Positions 21,222 through 32,297 of a stretch of 64,000 bases of DNA are shown here, piece by piece. Position 1 is the stretch's first letter. Each line of letters begins with the position of its first letter. A model generated the notes under the pieces. That model did not search any database and was not told the origin of the DNA. It was given only the letters and a program-made list of their open reading frames with translations. Origin of the DNA: Vitiosangium sp. GDMCC 1.1324 (lineage in GTDB: Bacteria; Myxococcota; Myxococcia; Myxococcales; Myxococcaceae); the NCBI RefSeq assembly GCF_003044305.1, contig NZ_PZOX01000005.1:259493-323492 (forward strand), given 5' to 3'. The position numbers were made by a program, and so were the translations under genes.

Positions 21222-22422
21222 TACATGCCTTTCGTTGGTTCCTGGGCGAGGTGGAATGCAAGGCTTATACGGCTGTGCGGATGCGGGGTCAAACGCCGCG
21301 AGAGCATGAAGGCGGAGGCTCTGTCCCGCCTGGACAAGAGGGCCGGCGGCCACCAAAGGGCAAGCCATCCTCCACAACCGCATGCAGTAGCTGTTCCGCG
21401 CCCACGCAAACTCCACAATGCGCGGTGTCCCGTCGAGCTTCTGTCGAGACCGCACCGTGCACGGCCCGAAACCAACGGCGCGCACCTGCCTTCCGCCGGA
21501 AACGAGGCCACGAGCGTTCGCACCGTCGCGGGGTGAAATCGCCAACCACAGCGAGCAAGAGTCAGCTACCCGTCTACCCCAAAGACAGGCAGGCATTCCC
21601 CTGTTCGTCCTTTGAGCGGAGACAAGGAAAGGACTAAATAGATTTGCATGCAGTCGCCCACATGCACGCAAGTTCAACCCATGGACGGGCACGTCCAGGG
21701 CCTCTCCACTCGATACCAGCCGCTCCAGGAAGGCTCGGCGAACGCGTGGCGCCTACGTTCTTTAGCATGTTGTAACATGCTCATGCCTGCAAGATGGCAG
21801 TGCGGCACGAGGCCCCACCCGTTCTTGTCTGCCTGCTCCTCGGTCTTGCACTGCTCGATGGAAAGGGTCCTGAGGCGGACCGCAACGCGACGCCATTCGC
21901 CGGGTGTAGCCGCCCCCCACTTGGGTATCGAAGCGGCACGAGGCGATGATGCCTTGCACTCGCGCTGCAGCTCGCGGTGGAACGGGCAGAACTCGGGAAC
22001 TCGCTCGTCGCGAAAGACAATCCGCCGCGGCGCTCCGACGCACCGAGAATCTAGAGCGCGGCAGCGTGGTCGCCCGCATGAACCGAGGCGGCGCTTATTG
22101 CCCGCGCTCTCGCCCGTCGCCCAGTTCCTGTGGATGTGTCGATTGCTACCGAGGAACCAGGTGCATCGGGATCCATCATCCACGCTGGGGGACAGAGCGG
22201 AGGAGCCGCCGTCATCAGAATGCCGAACTGAGAGAGAGACCGAATCGAGCTGCGGGTTGCACGCAGAGCACTCTGCGTCCCACGAATCGCGGGAGGCTGC
22301 TCAATCGCGTCTCGGCATTCGGCAATCAGCACGATAAGGCCCGGTCACCAACAAGGGCAGTTCGCACACAGTAGAACACATAACCACTACCAAGAGAGGG
22401 GTAGTACCGTGGAGAATTCAAG

Positions 22423-22662
22423 ATGTCCGACTCGAACAATTGCGCAACACCGCCTCCGGGAGGGAGACATCCTCCCGAGGGAAAGCCGTCACAGATGGAT
22501 CTGGACCGCCTCTGGACAGTGAAGGACGTTTCAACCTATCTCCAGGTGAGCACGTCGTGGGTCTACCAACGCGCTGCCTCGGGCGAACTCCCGAGCCTCA
22601 AAGTTGGTGGCCTTCTGCGATTCGATCCAAACGCCATTCGCAACTGGACAGGGATCTCCTGA
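22423..22662 (+). CDS. xis: Excisionase/AlpA-like helix-turn-helix DNA-binding protein
   Basis: LWTVKDVSTYLQVSTSWVYQRAASGELPSLKVGGLLRFDPNAIRNW is the classic HTH_17/Xis fold pattern. The true start may be the internal MDLDRL (22492). Confidence 0.6.
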   Translation: MSDSNNCATPPPGGRHPPEGKPSQMDLDRLWTVKDVSTYLQVSTSWVYQRAASGELPSLKVGGLLRFDPNAIRNWTGIS

Positions 22663-22754
22663 CTCGTTACGAGTGTTGCTGCTGGCGGGACGCTCGGTGA
22701 TGCCCGCAGGGCATTGCCGGCGTTCCGCCCGTTGTTTTGGAGTGAGGAAGACCC

Positions 22755-24185
<1,431 letters not shown>

Positions 24186-24331
24186 AGGCAGCGACAGCGG
24201 GTGGGTAAGTAGCCGACTTCCTCCGCCGACGCAAGCACGCTTTCATGGAACAGCACCCGGCCCGGAGATGCTCCCGAGGGAGGAGGCTCCACTGTTGGAA
24301 ACCCACCTGACCGCCCGCCAGGGGAGCGGGG

Positions 24332-24417
24332 TGCACGAGCCGGGGATCGAACCCGGACGGCCCCTTCGGGCCAGCGGATTTTAAGTCCGCTGCGTCTGCC
24401 AGTTTCGCCACTCGTGC
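24332..24417 (-). tRNA. tRNA-Leu (anticodon TAA), type II with long variable arm
   Basis: Reverse complement is GCACGAGTGGCGAAACTGGCAGACGCAGCGGACTTAAAATCCGCTGGCCCGAAGGGGCCGTCCGGGTTCGATCCCCGGCTCGTGCA. Acceptor and T stems pair; anticodon loop is CTTAAAA. Confidence 0.85.
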
Positions 24418-24506
24418 CGAGGCGTGGACACCTTCCCTCAACTGCGGGACGACTGCAACGCACATGGGCATCCCGCTGAGGCCGCTGCTGTTATATAGCG
24501 ACCGCC

Positions 24507-26153
24507 ATGCTTGAAACCGTCGCCAAGGGCTTCCGCGCCGCCAAGAACCGCCTTGCGGGCAAGAGTGAAATCACCCCTGAGATGGTGGACGAGTCGCTCC
24601 GCGACATCCGCGTCTCCCTGCTCGAGGCCGACGTTGCCTTCGATGTCGTGAAGAAGTTCGTCGCGCGAGTGCGCGAGAAGGCCGTCGGCGAGGTCGTACA
24701 AACAACCATCACGGACAAGGCTGGCCGCAAGCATCGCGTCTCGGCGGGCGACCACTTCGTGAAGATCTGCCACGACGAGCTTGAGGCCCTGATGGGTCCG
24801 GTGGACACGAGCCTCCAGCTCAAGCCCAAGGACCAGGTCAGCGGCATCATGATGGTGGGCCTGCAGGGCTCGGGTAAGACGACGACCACGGGCAAGCTCG
24901 CCAGCAAGCTGCTCAAGGAGGGCCGCAAGCCGCTGCTGGTAGCGGCGGACATCTACCGTCCGGCGGCCGTGGACCAGTTGAAGGTGCTGGGCGAGCGGTT
25001 GAAGGTGCCGGTGTACTTCGAGCCCAACGTGCCGCCGCCGGAGCTGGCGAAGCGTGGGTACGCCGCGGCGCGCGAGCAGAAGTGCGACGTGGTGCTCATC
25101 GACACGGCGGGCCGCCTGGCCATCGACGAAGCGCTGATGACCGAGCTGGAGGCCATCAAGGGCAACGTCCGGCCGGACAACATCCTGCTGGTGTGCGATG
25201 CGATGATTGGCCAGGACGCGGTGCGCACGGCGGCCGAGTTCGACCGGCGCCTGAGCCTGGACGGCTTCATCCTCACGAAGCTGGATGGTGACGCACGTGG
25301 TGGCGCGGCGTTGTCCATCAAGGAGGTGACGGGCAAGCCCATCAAGTTCCTGGGCATGGGCGAGTCGATGGACAAGCTCGAGGAGTTCCGTCCGGACGGC
25401 CTGGCCAGCCGGATTCTGGGCTTCGGCGACATCGTCGGGCTGATGAAGGACTTCGAGGGAGTCGTCGACGAGAAGAAGGCCGCGGAGGACGCGCAGAAGC
25501 TCCTATCGGGCAACTTCTCGATGAAGGACTTCGTCGAGCAGATCCGCATGGTGCGGAGGATGGGGCCGCTGAAGGATCTGCTGGAGAAGTTCCCGCTCTT
25601 CGGGGAGATGACCGAGCAGCTCAATCCGGACGAGAAGGAGCTGACGAAGATCGAGTCGATGTACGACTCGATGACGGAGCAGGAGCGACTGCGGCCGCAC
25701 CTGATCAACGACAGCCGGGTGAAGCGCATCGCGAAGGGAAGCGGCCGCAAGACGGAGGAGGTGCGGGAGCTGCTGCAGAAGTTCGGGATGATGCAGCAGG
25801 TGATGGGGACGATCGGTCAGAACCCGGGGCTGCTGGGTCGCATCCCGGGATTCCGGCAGATGGGCCAGCTGGCGCAGCTGAAGAACATGGACCTGTCGAG
25901 CGTCTTCGGGAAGGACCCGAAGATGATGGAGAAGGCCATGGCGGGGATGGGGATGGGGGGCATGCCGATGCAGCTGCCGCAGATTGCCCCGGGCTACACT
26001 CCGCCGATGGGACAGGCAGCGATGGCGAAGGCGCGAATGATGGGCTACGCCCCGCCCTCGGCTGCGGGTGGCAAGTCCGAGAACAAGGACGCCATCAAGG
26101 AGCGCCGCAAGCGCGAGAAGGAAAACAAGAAGAAGAACCGGAAGAAGAAGTAG
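24507..26153 (+). CDS. ffh: Signal recognition particle protein Ffh (SRP54)
   Basis: N, G and M domains are present: LLEADVAFDVVKKF, GLQGSGKTTTTGKLA, DTAGRL, TKLDGDARGGAALS, and a Met-rich C-terminus. Confidence 0.95.
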   Translation: MLETVAKGFRAAKNRLAGKSEITPEMVDESLRDIRVSLLEADVAFDVVKKFVARVREKAVGEVVQTTITDKAGRKHRVSAGDHFVKICHDELEALMGPVDTSLQLKPKDQVSGIMMVGLQGSGKTTTTGKLASKLLKEGRKPLLVAADIYRPAAVDQLKVLGERLKVPVYFEPNVPPPELAKRGYAAAREQKCDVVLIDTAGRLAIDEALMTELEAIKGNVRPDNILLVCDAMIGQDAVRTAAEFDRRLSLDGFILTKLDGDARGGAALSIKEVTGKPIKFLGMGESMDKLEEFRPDGLASRILGFGDIVGLMKDFEGVVDEKKAAEDAQKLLSGNFSMKDFVEQIRMVRRMGPLKDLLEKFPLFGEMTEQLNPDEKELTKIESMYDSMTEQERLRPHLINDSRVKRIAKGSGRKTEEVRELLQKFGMMQQVMGTIGQNPGLLGRIPGFRQMGQLAQLKNMDLSSVFGKDPKMMEKAMAGMGMGGMPMQLPQIAPGYTPPMGQAAMAKARMMGYAPPSAAGGKSENKDAIKERRKREKENKKKNRKKK

Positions 26154-26417
26154 CCAGCCACCGCTCCAAAGAGGAGCGTCACACACGCGCCGCTCGGGAA
26201 GCCCCAAGGAGGGCCTCCTGGAGCGGCGCTGGTGTTTCCGGGAGAAGTCCGGCGAGGTAGACGGTGCATCCTGGGAACAAGACGAGGACGCCCCACGTAA
26301 CTCCCCGGTTCGCGCTGGACTGAGGCATTCTCCGCGAGTTGTTTCGGGAACTTACACACGCAAGATCCCGAGACTCAGCCACAGGCGCCTGGAACGGAGC
26401 CTGCACTGCGGAGCGGC

Positions 26418-28382
26418 ATGCAAACATTCAAACGCTACATCCCCCTGGTCCTCATTGGGCTGATTTCCGCATGCATTGACGTGCCGAACATCGAACCCAA
26501 CAACCCCCCCACTACGCAATCGGACGCCGGTTCGACGGACACCCCTGACTCGGGTACACAACCGAGTGAGCTGTCTGTCGAGATCACCTCCCCCACGGGC
26601 ACGATCTACACCAGCAGCTCGGTTTCCATCTCTGTCGGTGTGCGAGGAGGAACACCCGAGACGGTACAGCTCTTCAAGGGGTCCGTGGAACTCGCAACGA
26701 TCTCCTCGCCCTACACGTACACATGGAACACAGAAATGGAGCCCGAGGGCAGTTACACGCTCATGGCTCGCGCCACCAGGTCTGGCCGGACTGTCTCCAG
26801 CGAACCCGTGACCGTGATCGTCGACCGTACCAATCTGCAGGTCGCTTCGCGTTCGCCCGCGCCCGGCTCAACCAACGTGGCCTACAGCACGCCCATCCAA
26901 GTGGTCTTCTCGAAGCCCGTAAAGGCGGCGACGGTCAGCGACACCACTGTGAGTTTCGCTGTCTCTGGAGTTCTCGCGGAGAAGACACTCTCGCTTTCGA
27001 GTGACGGGAAGACGCTGACGATCGCCCCAAAGGTAAAGCCTCCGCTGCCGGCAACCTTCTCGATTGGCCTGAGTAGCGGTATCACCGATCCGGCCGGTAA
27101 CGCGCTCGTCGTCCCAAGCACACAGTGGAGCTTCGAGCTGCCACACTGGTACGCCTTCGGCGGGCCACTGAATGCGGTGGGTGGCAACACCCAACTGAAG
27201 GATACCGCGATGGTCCTCGACAGCCAGAACAATCCCGTGGTCGCCTGGAGTGAGGAAGTCACGACCGGAGGCAGGGCGTCCATCTTCGTCTATCGCTGGG
27301 ACGGCAATGCCTTTACGCCTATCGGTAGCGCCCTGAACGGAACTCCGAGCGGCTCCGCTTCCAAACCAGCGCTGGCCCTCGACGGCGGCGGGAATCCCAT
27401 CGTTGCATGGCAGGAATCAGACGGCTTCAATGAGAACATCTACGTGAAACGTTGGACTGGAACGTCCTGGCAGTCCGTGGGCACAGGAGCCCTGTCCGCA
27501 GAGAACGACACTCGCTCCAGCCCAGTTCCGACACCAGCTCGCAACCCCACACTCACAGTGCGCGGAAATGAAATCTACGTCGCATGGGATGAAACCAATA
27601 TCGACCAATTCTCGTCCATCTACGTACGAAAGTCAGTCGGTGGTGGCGCGTTCACCGAAGCAGGCACGGGTGGAGGTTTAGTTAACGCCGTATACAAGCT
27701 GACCAGCGCATCCAAGCCCTCGCTCGTACTGGACAGCAACGGCCAACCCATCGTGGCCTTCCAAGAGCAGACTCTGGAGCAGTATTCCCCCACCAACATC
27801 TATGTGATGCACCTCAAGCCGGACGGCTATTGGGAGTATGCGGTTCCACCATTCTACGGCGACGACACCAATGGCTACGTCTCTGGCGGCCTCAGCGCCT
27901 CTCCCGGGGGGGACTCGTGGGCCCGTGATTGCTCACTGGCCATTGATGCCCAGAACAACTTGTATGTAGCGTGGACAGAAGAGACCTACACCGATGGACC
28001 TCGGGACATACAAGTCTTCCGTTCCATTGGACCACAGTCGTGGGAGCGGGTTGGAAATCCCCTGAGCGCATATGGCGCTATTACGACTGCTGGGCAACCA
28101 CGAATCCAAGCCACCCCCTCCGGCAAGCTCTTCGTTACTTGGAAAGAGTTCGATGGAATGGCAGAGACGGGGTACGAGCACCTTTTCACCAGCTATTGGG
28201 ACAGTAAGTCATGGAGGAGTCTAGCAATTCGCGATGGCATCAACCAGGGCCAGAAGAACAGCAACCGTCCTGTCCTTGCAATTGACTCATTTGAACGGCC
28301 CGTGGTCGCTTGGTACGAGAGCCGCGATGCTGTTGATGACGTCGCTGGAGACTATGCCTATGTCCGCCGGTACAACAATTAA
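26418..28382 (+). CDS. Secreted lipoprotein with N-terminal bacterial Ig-like domains and about 7 C-terminal repeats (predicted beta-propeller); hypothetical
   Basis: Lipobox LIGLISAC. Seven repeats of the form NP[IV]VAW.E....IYV.RW.G.W..VG. GC is markedly lower than the flanking genes. Confidence 0.7.
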   Translation: MQTFKRYIPLVLIGLISACIDVPNIEPNNPPTTQSDAGSTDTPDSGTQPSELSVEITSPTGTIYTSSSVSISVGVRGGTPETVQLFKGSVELATISSPYTYTWNTEMEPEGSYTLMARATRSGRTVSSEPVTVIVDRTNLQVASRSPAPGSTNVAYSTPIQVVFSKPVKAATVSDTTVSFAVSGVLAEKTLSLSSDGKTLTIAPKVKPPLPATFSIGLSSGITDPAGNALVVPSTQWSFELPHWYAFGGPLNAVGGNTQLKDTAMVLDSQNNPVVAWSEEVTTGGRASIFVYRWDGNAFTPIGSALNGTPSGSASKPALALDGGGNPIVAWQESDGFNENIYVKRWTGTSWQSVGTGALSAENDTRSSPVPTPARNPTLTVRGNEIYVAWDETNIDQFSSIYVRKSVGGGAFTEAGTGGGLVNAVYKLTSASKPSLVLDSNGQPIVAFQEQTLEQYSPTNIYVMHLKPDGYWEYAVPPFYGDDTNGYVSGGLSASPGGDSWARDCSLAIDAQNNLYVAWTEETYTDGPRDIQVFRSIGPQSWERVGNPLSAYGAITTAGQPRIQATPSGKLFVTWKEFDGMAETGYEHLFTSYWDSKSWRSLAIRDGINQGQKNSNRPVLAIDSFERPVVAWYESRDAVDDVAGDYAYVRRYNN

Positions 28383-28461
28383 TCCTGTCGCCCCTTGCAA
28401 CAGCGCCAAGGGCCACAGCGTCCCGCAGTAAATGCAATCTTCAAAGCGGCAGGAAGAAACT

Positions 28462-29562
28462 TCAGCCTTGCCGCTTTGGCACCACGAGTCCTCGGGAGAG
28501 GCGGCGCAGAACACGCCGCTTCTGACGACGCTTATAGAGTTTGTGAGCGTTCTCCCCTTCCTCGTTCTGGCGAGCGGTTTCTTCGTCGATGATCTGGAAC
28601 TCCACGAGAGTAAAGATCGTACGGTTCTTGCGCTCGCGTGTGTCCTGCTCCGGCGGCGGCAGGTACGCATCCATCCGCAGAGGCACATCTACGATGAAGT
28701 TCAATGCCCGGTAGGAGCCTCCGGAGAACAGATTGCGCGTACGCTCCTCTCTATCCTCGTAATCGAGGTCCAGGTGGAGGTGCTGCGCGTACTGCTGGAG
28801 GTGGGGATTCTCCTCAAGCACGGCCTTGAAAGAAACGAGTGTGTTCTCGGTCTGACCAGGGACAACGAAGTTGAAGGGGAAGAGGTGCTGCGTCAGGAAA
28901 TAGAGAACTGGGAGGATGTCCGCTTGATTCTGGGTAACGATACGAAATCGCGTCCGGTCGTAAATTTGAGCCGCGACCGTTTCTCTCTTGGCCAGCAGCT
29001 TCGTGATGAGAGACTCGCGTGATTTGATGGAATGGGCGAACTCGACGACAGGCAGCCCCTTATCCCGAAGCAACTGGGCCACCCCCAACACCTTGGCCAT
29101 CACCAACTCGGACAGCTCCGCTTCGGAGACCGCCAAACGGTGGAGCAGATCCCGCCCCTCGATGTGCTGAATGACATGCATCACCTTGAGCACGATACAG
29201 GCGATACGACGGTGCCTCGGGAGCCCCTTTACGCCGGAGGCATAGAGGAAGAGATCGTGGATCTCAGCTGGGTCCGCTACAGCATCCGCTACCCGGTAGT
29301 TGTAAGTCTGCCGCAAGTACTCGACGGCATCCGCGAGCACCAAGCGGGCCCAGACTGCATCTTCAGGACGAGTAGTGTCGATTTGGCAGAGCCGCAGGAA
29401 TCGGTCGACCTCATCCCGAGTCTGGAAGTGCATCCGCCGCCAGTCGATGACCGAACTCCCCCGAAGGATAAGCCGGATGCGCTCAAGCTCGCGGAGGCCC
29501 ATGTCCGCCATGGTGCAAACAGGGATATCGGGCAACTGTGGGATAGTGGGCACGAACTTCAC
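28462..29562 (-). CDS. Divergent RelA/SpoT-domain (RSH / small-alarmone-synthetase-like nucleotidyltransferase) protein, 366 aa
   Basis: HSIKSRESLITKL matches Syn1 (RxKxxxSxxxK). YDRTRFRIV matches Syn2 (DxxGxR, with G replaced by R). EFQIIDEETARQNEEGENAHKLYK matches Syn4 (EVQIRT..H..AE..H..YK). An extra helical domain of about 150 aa precedes these. No signal peptide; low GC. Confidence 0.6.
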   Translation of the reverse strand: MKFVPTIPQLPDIPVCTMADMGLRELERIRLILRGSSVIDWRRMHFQTRDEVDRFLRLCQIDTTRPEDAVWARLVLADAVEYLRQTYNYRVADAVADPAEIHDLFLYASGVKGLPRHRRIACIVLKVMHVIQHIEGRDLLHRLAVSEAELSELVMAKVLGVAQLLRDKGLPVVEFAHSIKSRESLITKLLAKRETVAAQIYDRTRFRIVTQNQADILPVLYFLTQHLFPFNFVVPGQTENTLVSFKAVLEENPHLQQYAQHLHLDLDYEDREERTRNLFSGGSYRALNFIVDVPLRMDAYLPPPEQDTRERKNRTIFTLVEFQIIDEETARQNEEGENAHKLYKRRQKRRVLRRLSRGLVVPKRQG

Positions 29563-29615
29563 ATCTGGGCTTCTAGCCGAGCCCGCCCACGGAGGGAAGG
29601 GCCTCCGGAATCGGC

Positions 29616-31502
29616 ATAGGGGGTAGCAAGGTCGCCTCGCTACTCCCCTGCCACACCACCGGACATGCGGGTCCGCATCCGGCGGTTCAGTAGGTTGAGG
29701 TTAGCTGGAAAGTCTCGGGACTCCCAGCCGGTCGAAGTAGCTCGTGGGCAGGGCGACATGGAGGTACATGCCCGCGTTCTTCCACCAGCGGCGGGCGTTG
29801 GCGGCGACCTTGAGGGCCATATGCTCGGGCATTCCTCGGGCACACAGCTCGCGGTACACCGTCTTCCCCCGCTTCCACTGCTTGAGCTGGAGGGCTCGCA
29901 GGCGATGACGTAGCCACTCGTCTAGTCTCCGAAAGACACCGGGGGTGTCCGCCAGGTGGAAGTATTGCTTCCAGCCCAGCAGGTACCCACGTAGTTCCTC
30001 GGCCACTGCTTTCAGGCTGCGCCCCCCGGACACGGGAGGTCAGCTCCCACACCCGGTCCTTCATTGTCTCAAGGGCCTTGGGCGACACGCGCCGTTTCAC
30101 CTGCCGTCCCTTGGCTATCCAGAAGCTGTAACCCAGAAACCGCCGGCCCCACGGTCGCGCCACCGCGCTCTTCGTCTCGTTGACTCGCAGCCGGAGCTCC
30201 GCGTACAGCCGCCTGAGCGTCTGCATGGCATCCTCCGCCGCACGCCTGGACTTCACGTACACGTTGCAGTCGTCGGCGTAGCGCACGAAGCACAACCCGC
30301 GCTTCTCCAGCACCTTGTCCACCTCGTCGAGGAGCACGTTCGCCAACAGCGGCGAGAGGGGACCTCCTTGCGGTGTCCCCTCGTACCGCTCCATCACCAC
30401 CCCGTTGGCCATGACTCCGGCCTCCAGGTAGCGGCGAATCAGCCTCAGCATCCGCTTGTCCCCGATTCTCTTCTCCAACCTTCCAATCAGCACATCGTGG
30501 TTGACACGGTCGAAGAATTTCTCCAGGTCCACGTCCACCACCCACCTGCGTCCTTCCTGGATGTAACGCTGCGCCTCGCACACCGCGTCGTGTGCGCTGC
30601 GTCCAGGCCGGAAGCCATGGCTGTGCTCCGAGAAGGTGGGGTCGAACATCGGTTGCAGCACTTGCAGGATGCTCTGCTGGATGAGCCGGTCGAGCACCGT
30701 CGGAATCCCCAGCTTGCGGACTCCTCCTCCGCTCTTGGGTATCTCCTGCTCCCGTACTGGTTGGGGCTGGTAGCTGCCGTCCAGCAGTTGAGCCCGGACA
30801 GCCTCCCAGTTGTCCACCAGCCAGGGGCCCAGCTCTTCCACGTGCATCCCGTCGATGCCGGGGCTGCCCTTGTTCTGCCTCACTCGCTTCAGCGCCGCCT
30901 TGACGTTGCCGCGCTCGACCACCCGTTGCATCAGGTGGTCGTCTCCCGGGTGTCCGTTTCCGCTCTCCGCCGTCAGTGCTTCACCGCTCCGCTGGCCCTT
31001 CGGGGCTTCATCCCTATGCTCCAGCGGGAGCTCCCTTTGCAGGGACTTCTGGCGCCTGGCACTTCCGAGATTCACGTTCGTGACTCCCTCCCTACCATTT
31101 GGCCCTTCGCGGCTCGTCGTCTCTCCAGCTCCGGTGAGGCTTCCGCGCCATCCCTGCCGGTCCGCTCCCCGCTACTACGGCCTCTGCTGACTGCTCGCTC
31201 CGCCTCTCGGCGTCGCCCTTTCAGGCGCGAGGCGAGCTCTCCCCGGGTAAGAACATCGACCTTCACCACGCGAGCGCCGGCTTTACGTCACCTCGCCTTG
31301 GCCACCGAGGCTTCGCGGCTCTTTGCCCGCTCGCCCCGCTCGGTGCCGCCTCACAGCCGGTTCCTGTTCGTCGCCCCGCCGCTTCGTTCCCCGCTTCCTT
31401 CACGTCGGCCTCGCGGGCCGGCGCTCTGCGGTTCCCTTCGTTCGCGGTGGCCTGCTCTCGGGAGGACTTCCACCTCCCTGTCGATGCCCATGCCGGGCGC
31501 AC
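29616..31502 (-). mobile_element. Bacterial group II intron (compact, class C-like), about 1.9 kb, 5-prime GUGCG at 31502, domain V at about 29651-29688
   Basis: Minus-strand 5-prime end is GTGCGCCCGG, immediately after a GC hairpin plus TTCGCTTTG. The IEP ORF lies in domain IV. Domain V hairpin is CCGCCGGATGCGG-ACC-CGCATGTCCGGTGG with a 2-nt bulge. A domain VI-like hairpin is GGGGAGTAGC...GCTACCCCC. The 3-prime boundary is approximate (+/-10 nt). Confidence 0.8.
29701..31075 (-). pseudogene. Group II intron-encoded reverse transcriptase/maturase (IEP), split by a frameshift near 30035 between the RT and X/maturase domains
   Basis: RT motifs present: GSPGIDGM, FRPGRSAHDAV, VVDVDLEKFFDRVNHD, TPQGGPLSPLLANV, FVRYADD. 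The X domain GYLLGWKQYF...LDEWLRHRLR continues in another frame (ORF 29701-30033). The tail of the 462-aa ORF is out-of-frame read-through. This is either a true frameshift or a sequencing error. Confidence 0.75.
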
Positions 31503-31514
31503 CAAAGCGAAGGG

Positions 31515-31549
31515 CCCTCTCCCGCTCGGGGAGGGCCCTCTGGGTGTCA
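31515..31549 (-). terminator. GC-rich hairpin (GGGCCCTCCCC-GAGC-GGGAGAGGGCCC) plus T-rich tail downstream of the MORN gene; insertion target of the intron
   Basis: Imperfect inverted repeat visible in the sequence. On the minus strand it is followed by TTCGCTTTG, then the intron 5-prime GTGCG. Confidence 0.4.
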
Positions 31550-31565
31550 CTGCGAGGCAGTTCGA

Positions 31566-32066
31566 CTACTTCGCGGCGACCTGCTGGTCGTCGCGGTACT
31601 GGGCTTGGCGGATGAGTTTCCCGTCCTCGGAGAACTCCTGCACGAGTCCGTTGCGCTTGCCATTCGCGTACTCCTCCACGATGCGCGGCTTGCCGTTCGC
31701 GAAGTAGAGAACACGCTTGCCATGGTAGTTCTCACGCTGGAATTCAGTACGGCCGGTCACCTGACCAGCCTCGTTGTAGAAGGTCCACTGGCCGGAACGA
31801 AAACCATCGACGTACTGCCCCTCGGAACGCTTCTGGCCGTTGGGATAGTACGACATATACGGGCCATGAGGGGTGTGCATGCCGTCCGTAGCCTCGGCCT
31901 TACGACAGAAGAGTCCATCATCCGCGTTGCCGAATTGCTTGGTACCTGCAGGGCAGTTCAGTTTGTAGGTCGCCGCGCTCTTGGTCGCCTGCCCCTCGGC
32001 AAAAGCCATCGGCGCAGCAAGCACCACTCCAAGAGTGAGGGTCTTCATCATCTTCGAAGGCAACAT
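31566..32066 (-). CDS. Secreted MORN-repeat protein (YwqK-like antitoxin/immunity family)
   Basis: Start ATG at 32066 follows an AAGGAG RBS. Signal peptide MLPSKMMKTLTLGVVLAAPMAFA. Repeated G.Y..YYPNGQK..EG.YV.G...G.W.FY motifs (MORN-like). Confidence 0.7.
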   Translation of the reverse strand: MLPSKMMKTLTLGVVLAAPMAFAEGQATKSAATYKLNCPAGTKQFGNADDGLFCRKAEATDGMHTPHGPYMSYYPNGQKRSEGQYVDGFRSGQWTFYNEAGQVTGRTEFQRENYHGKRVLYFANGKPRIVEEYANGKRNGLVQEFSEDGKLIRQAQYRDDQQVAAK

Positions 32067-32297
32067 GGACTCTCCTTGTGAGAACGTCGGCATCGCCGTA
32101 CGCACACTCTAGAGGACGCCCCACCTCGGGAGAAATTCAGCGCTTTTCCCACCGGATTTCGAGCCGAATACGCCTAGAGCGGGCACGACTCAGTATGGAA
32201 CTCTCAAATGCAAGGGCCCCGCTCAGCGAAGTGCCAAGCAGGGCCTGGAAGGCAACAACTGTTGCTGCTGAATCAAGACCGATACGAGATCAAAGCG

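Noticed and set aside
21648-22337. ORFs in the parA-xis gap (21674-22183 minus, 169 aa; 21648-22337 plus, 229 aa) as a possible replication or regulatory gene of the element
   Set aside because: The frames overlap each other, have no recognisable motifs or RBS, and show weak codon bias. They cannot be supported from sequence alone.
26204-26221. Inverted repeat CCAAGGAGG-GCC-TCCTGG about 50 nt downstream of ffh as a rho-independent terminator
   Set aside because: Short imperfect stem without a clear T-tract. Too weak to list as a feature.
29687-30040. C-terminal about 110 residues of the 462-aa IEP ORF (PESSGRGTTWVPAGLEA...) as part of the protein
   Set aside because: The frame has lost the maturase X domain, which is found intact in the overlapping 29701-30033 frame. 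The tail is frameshift read-through.
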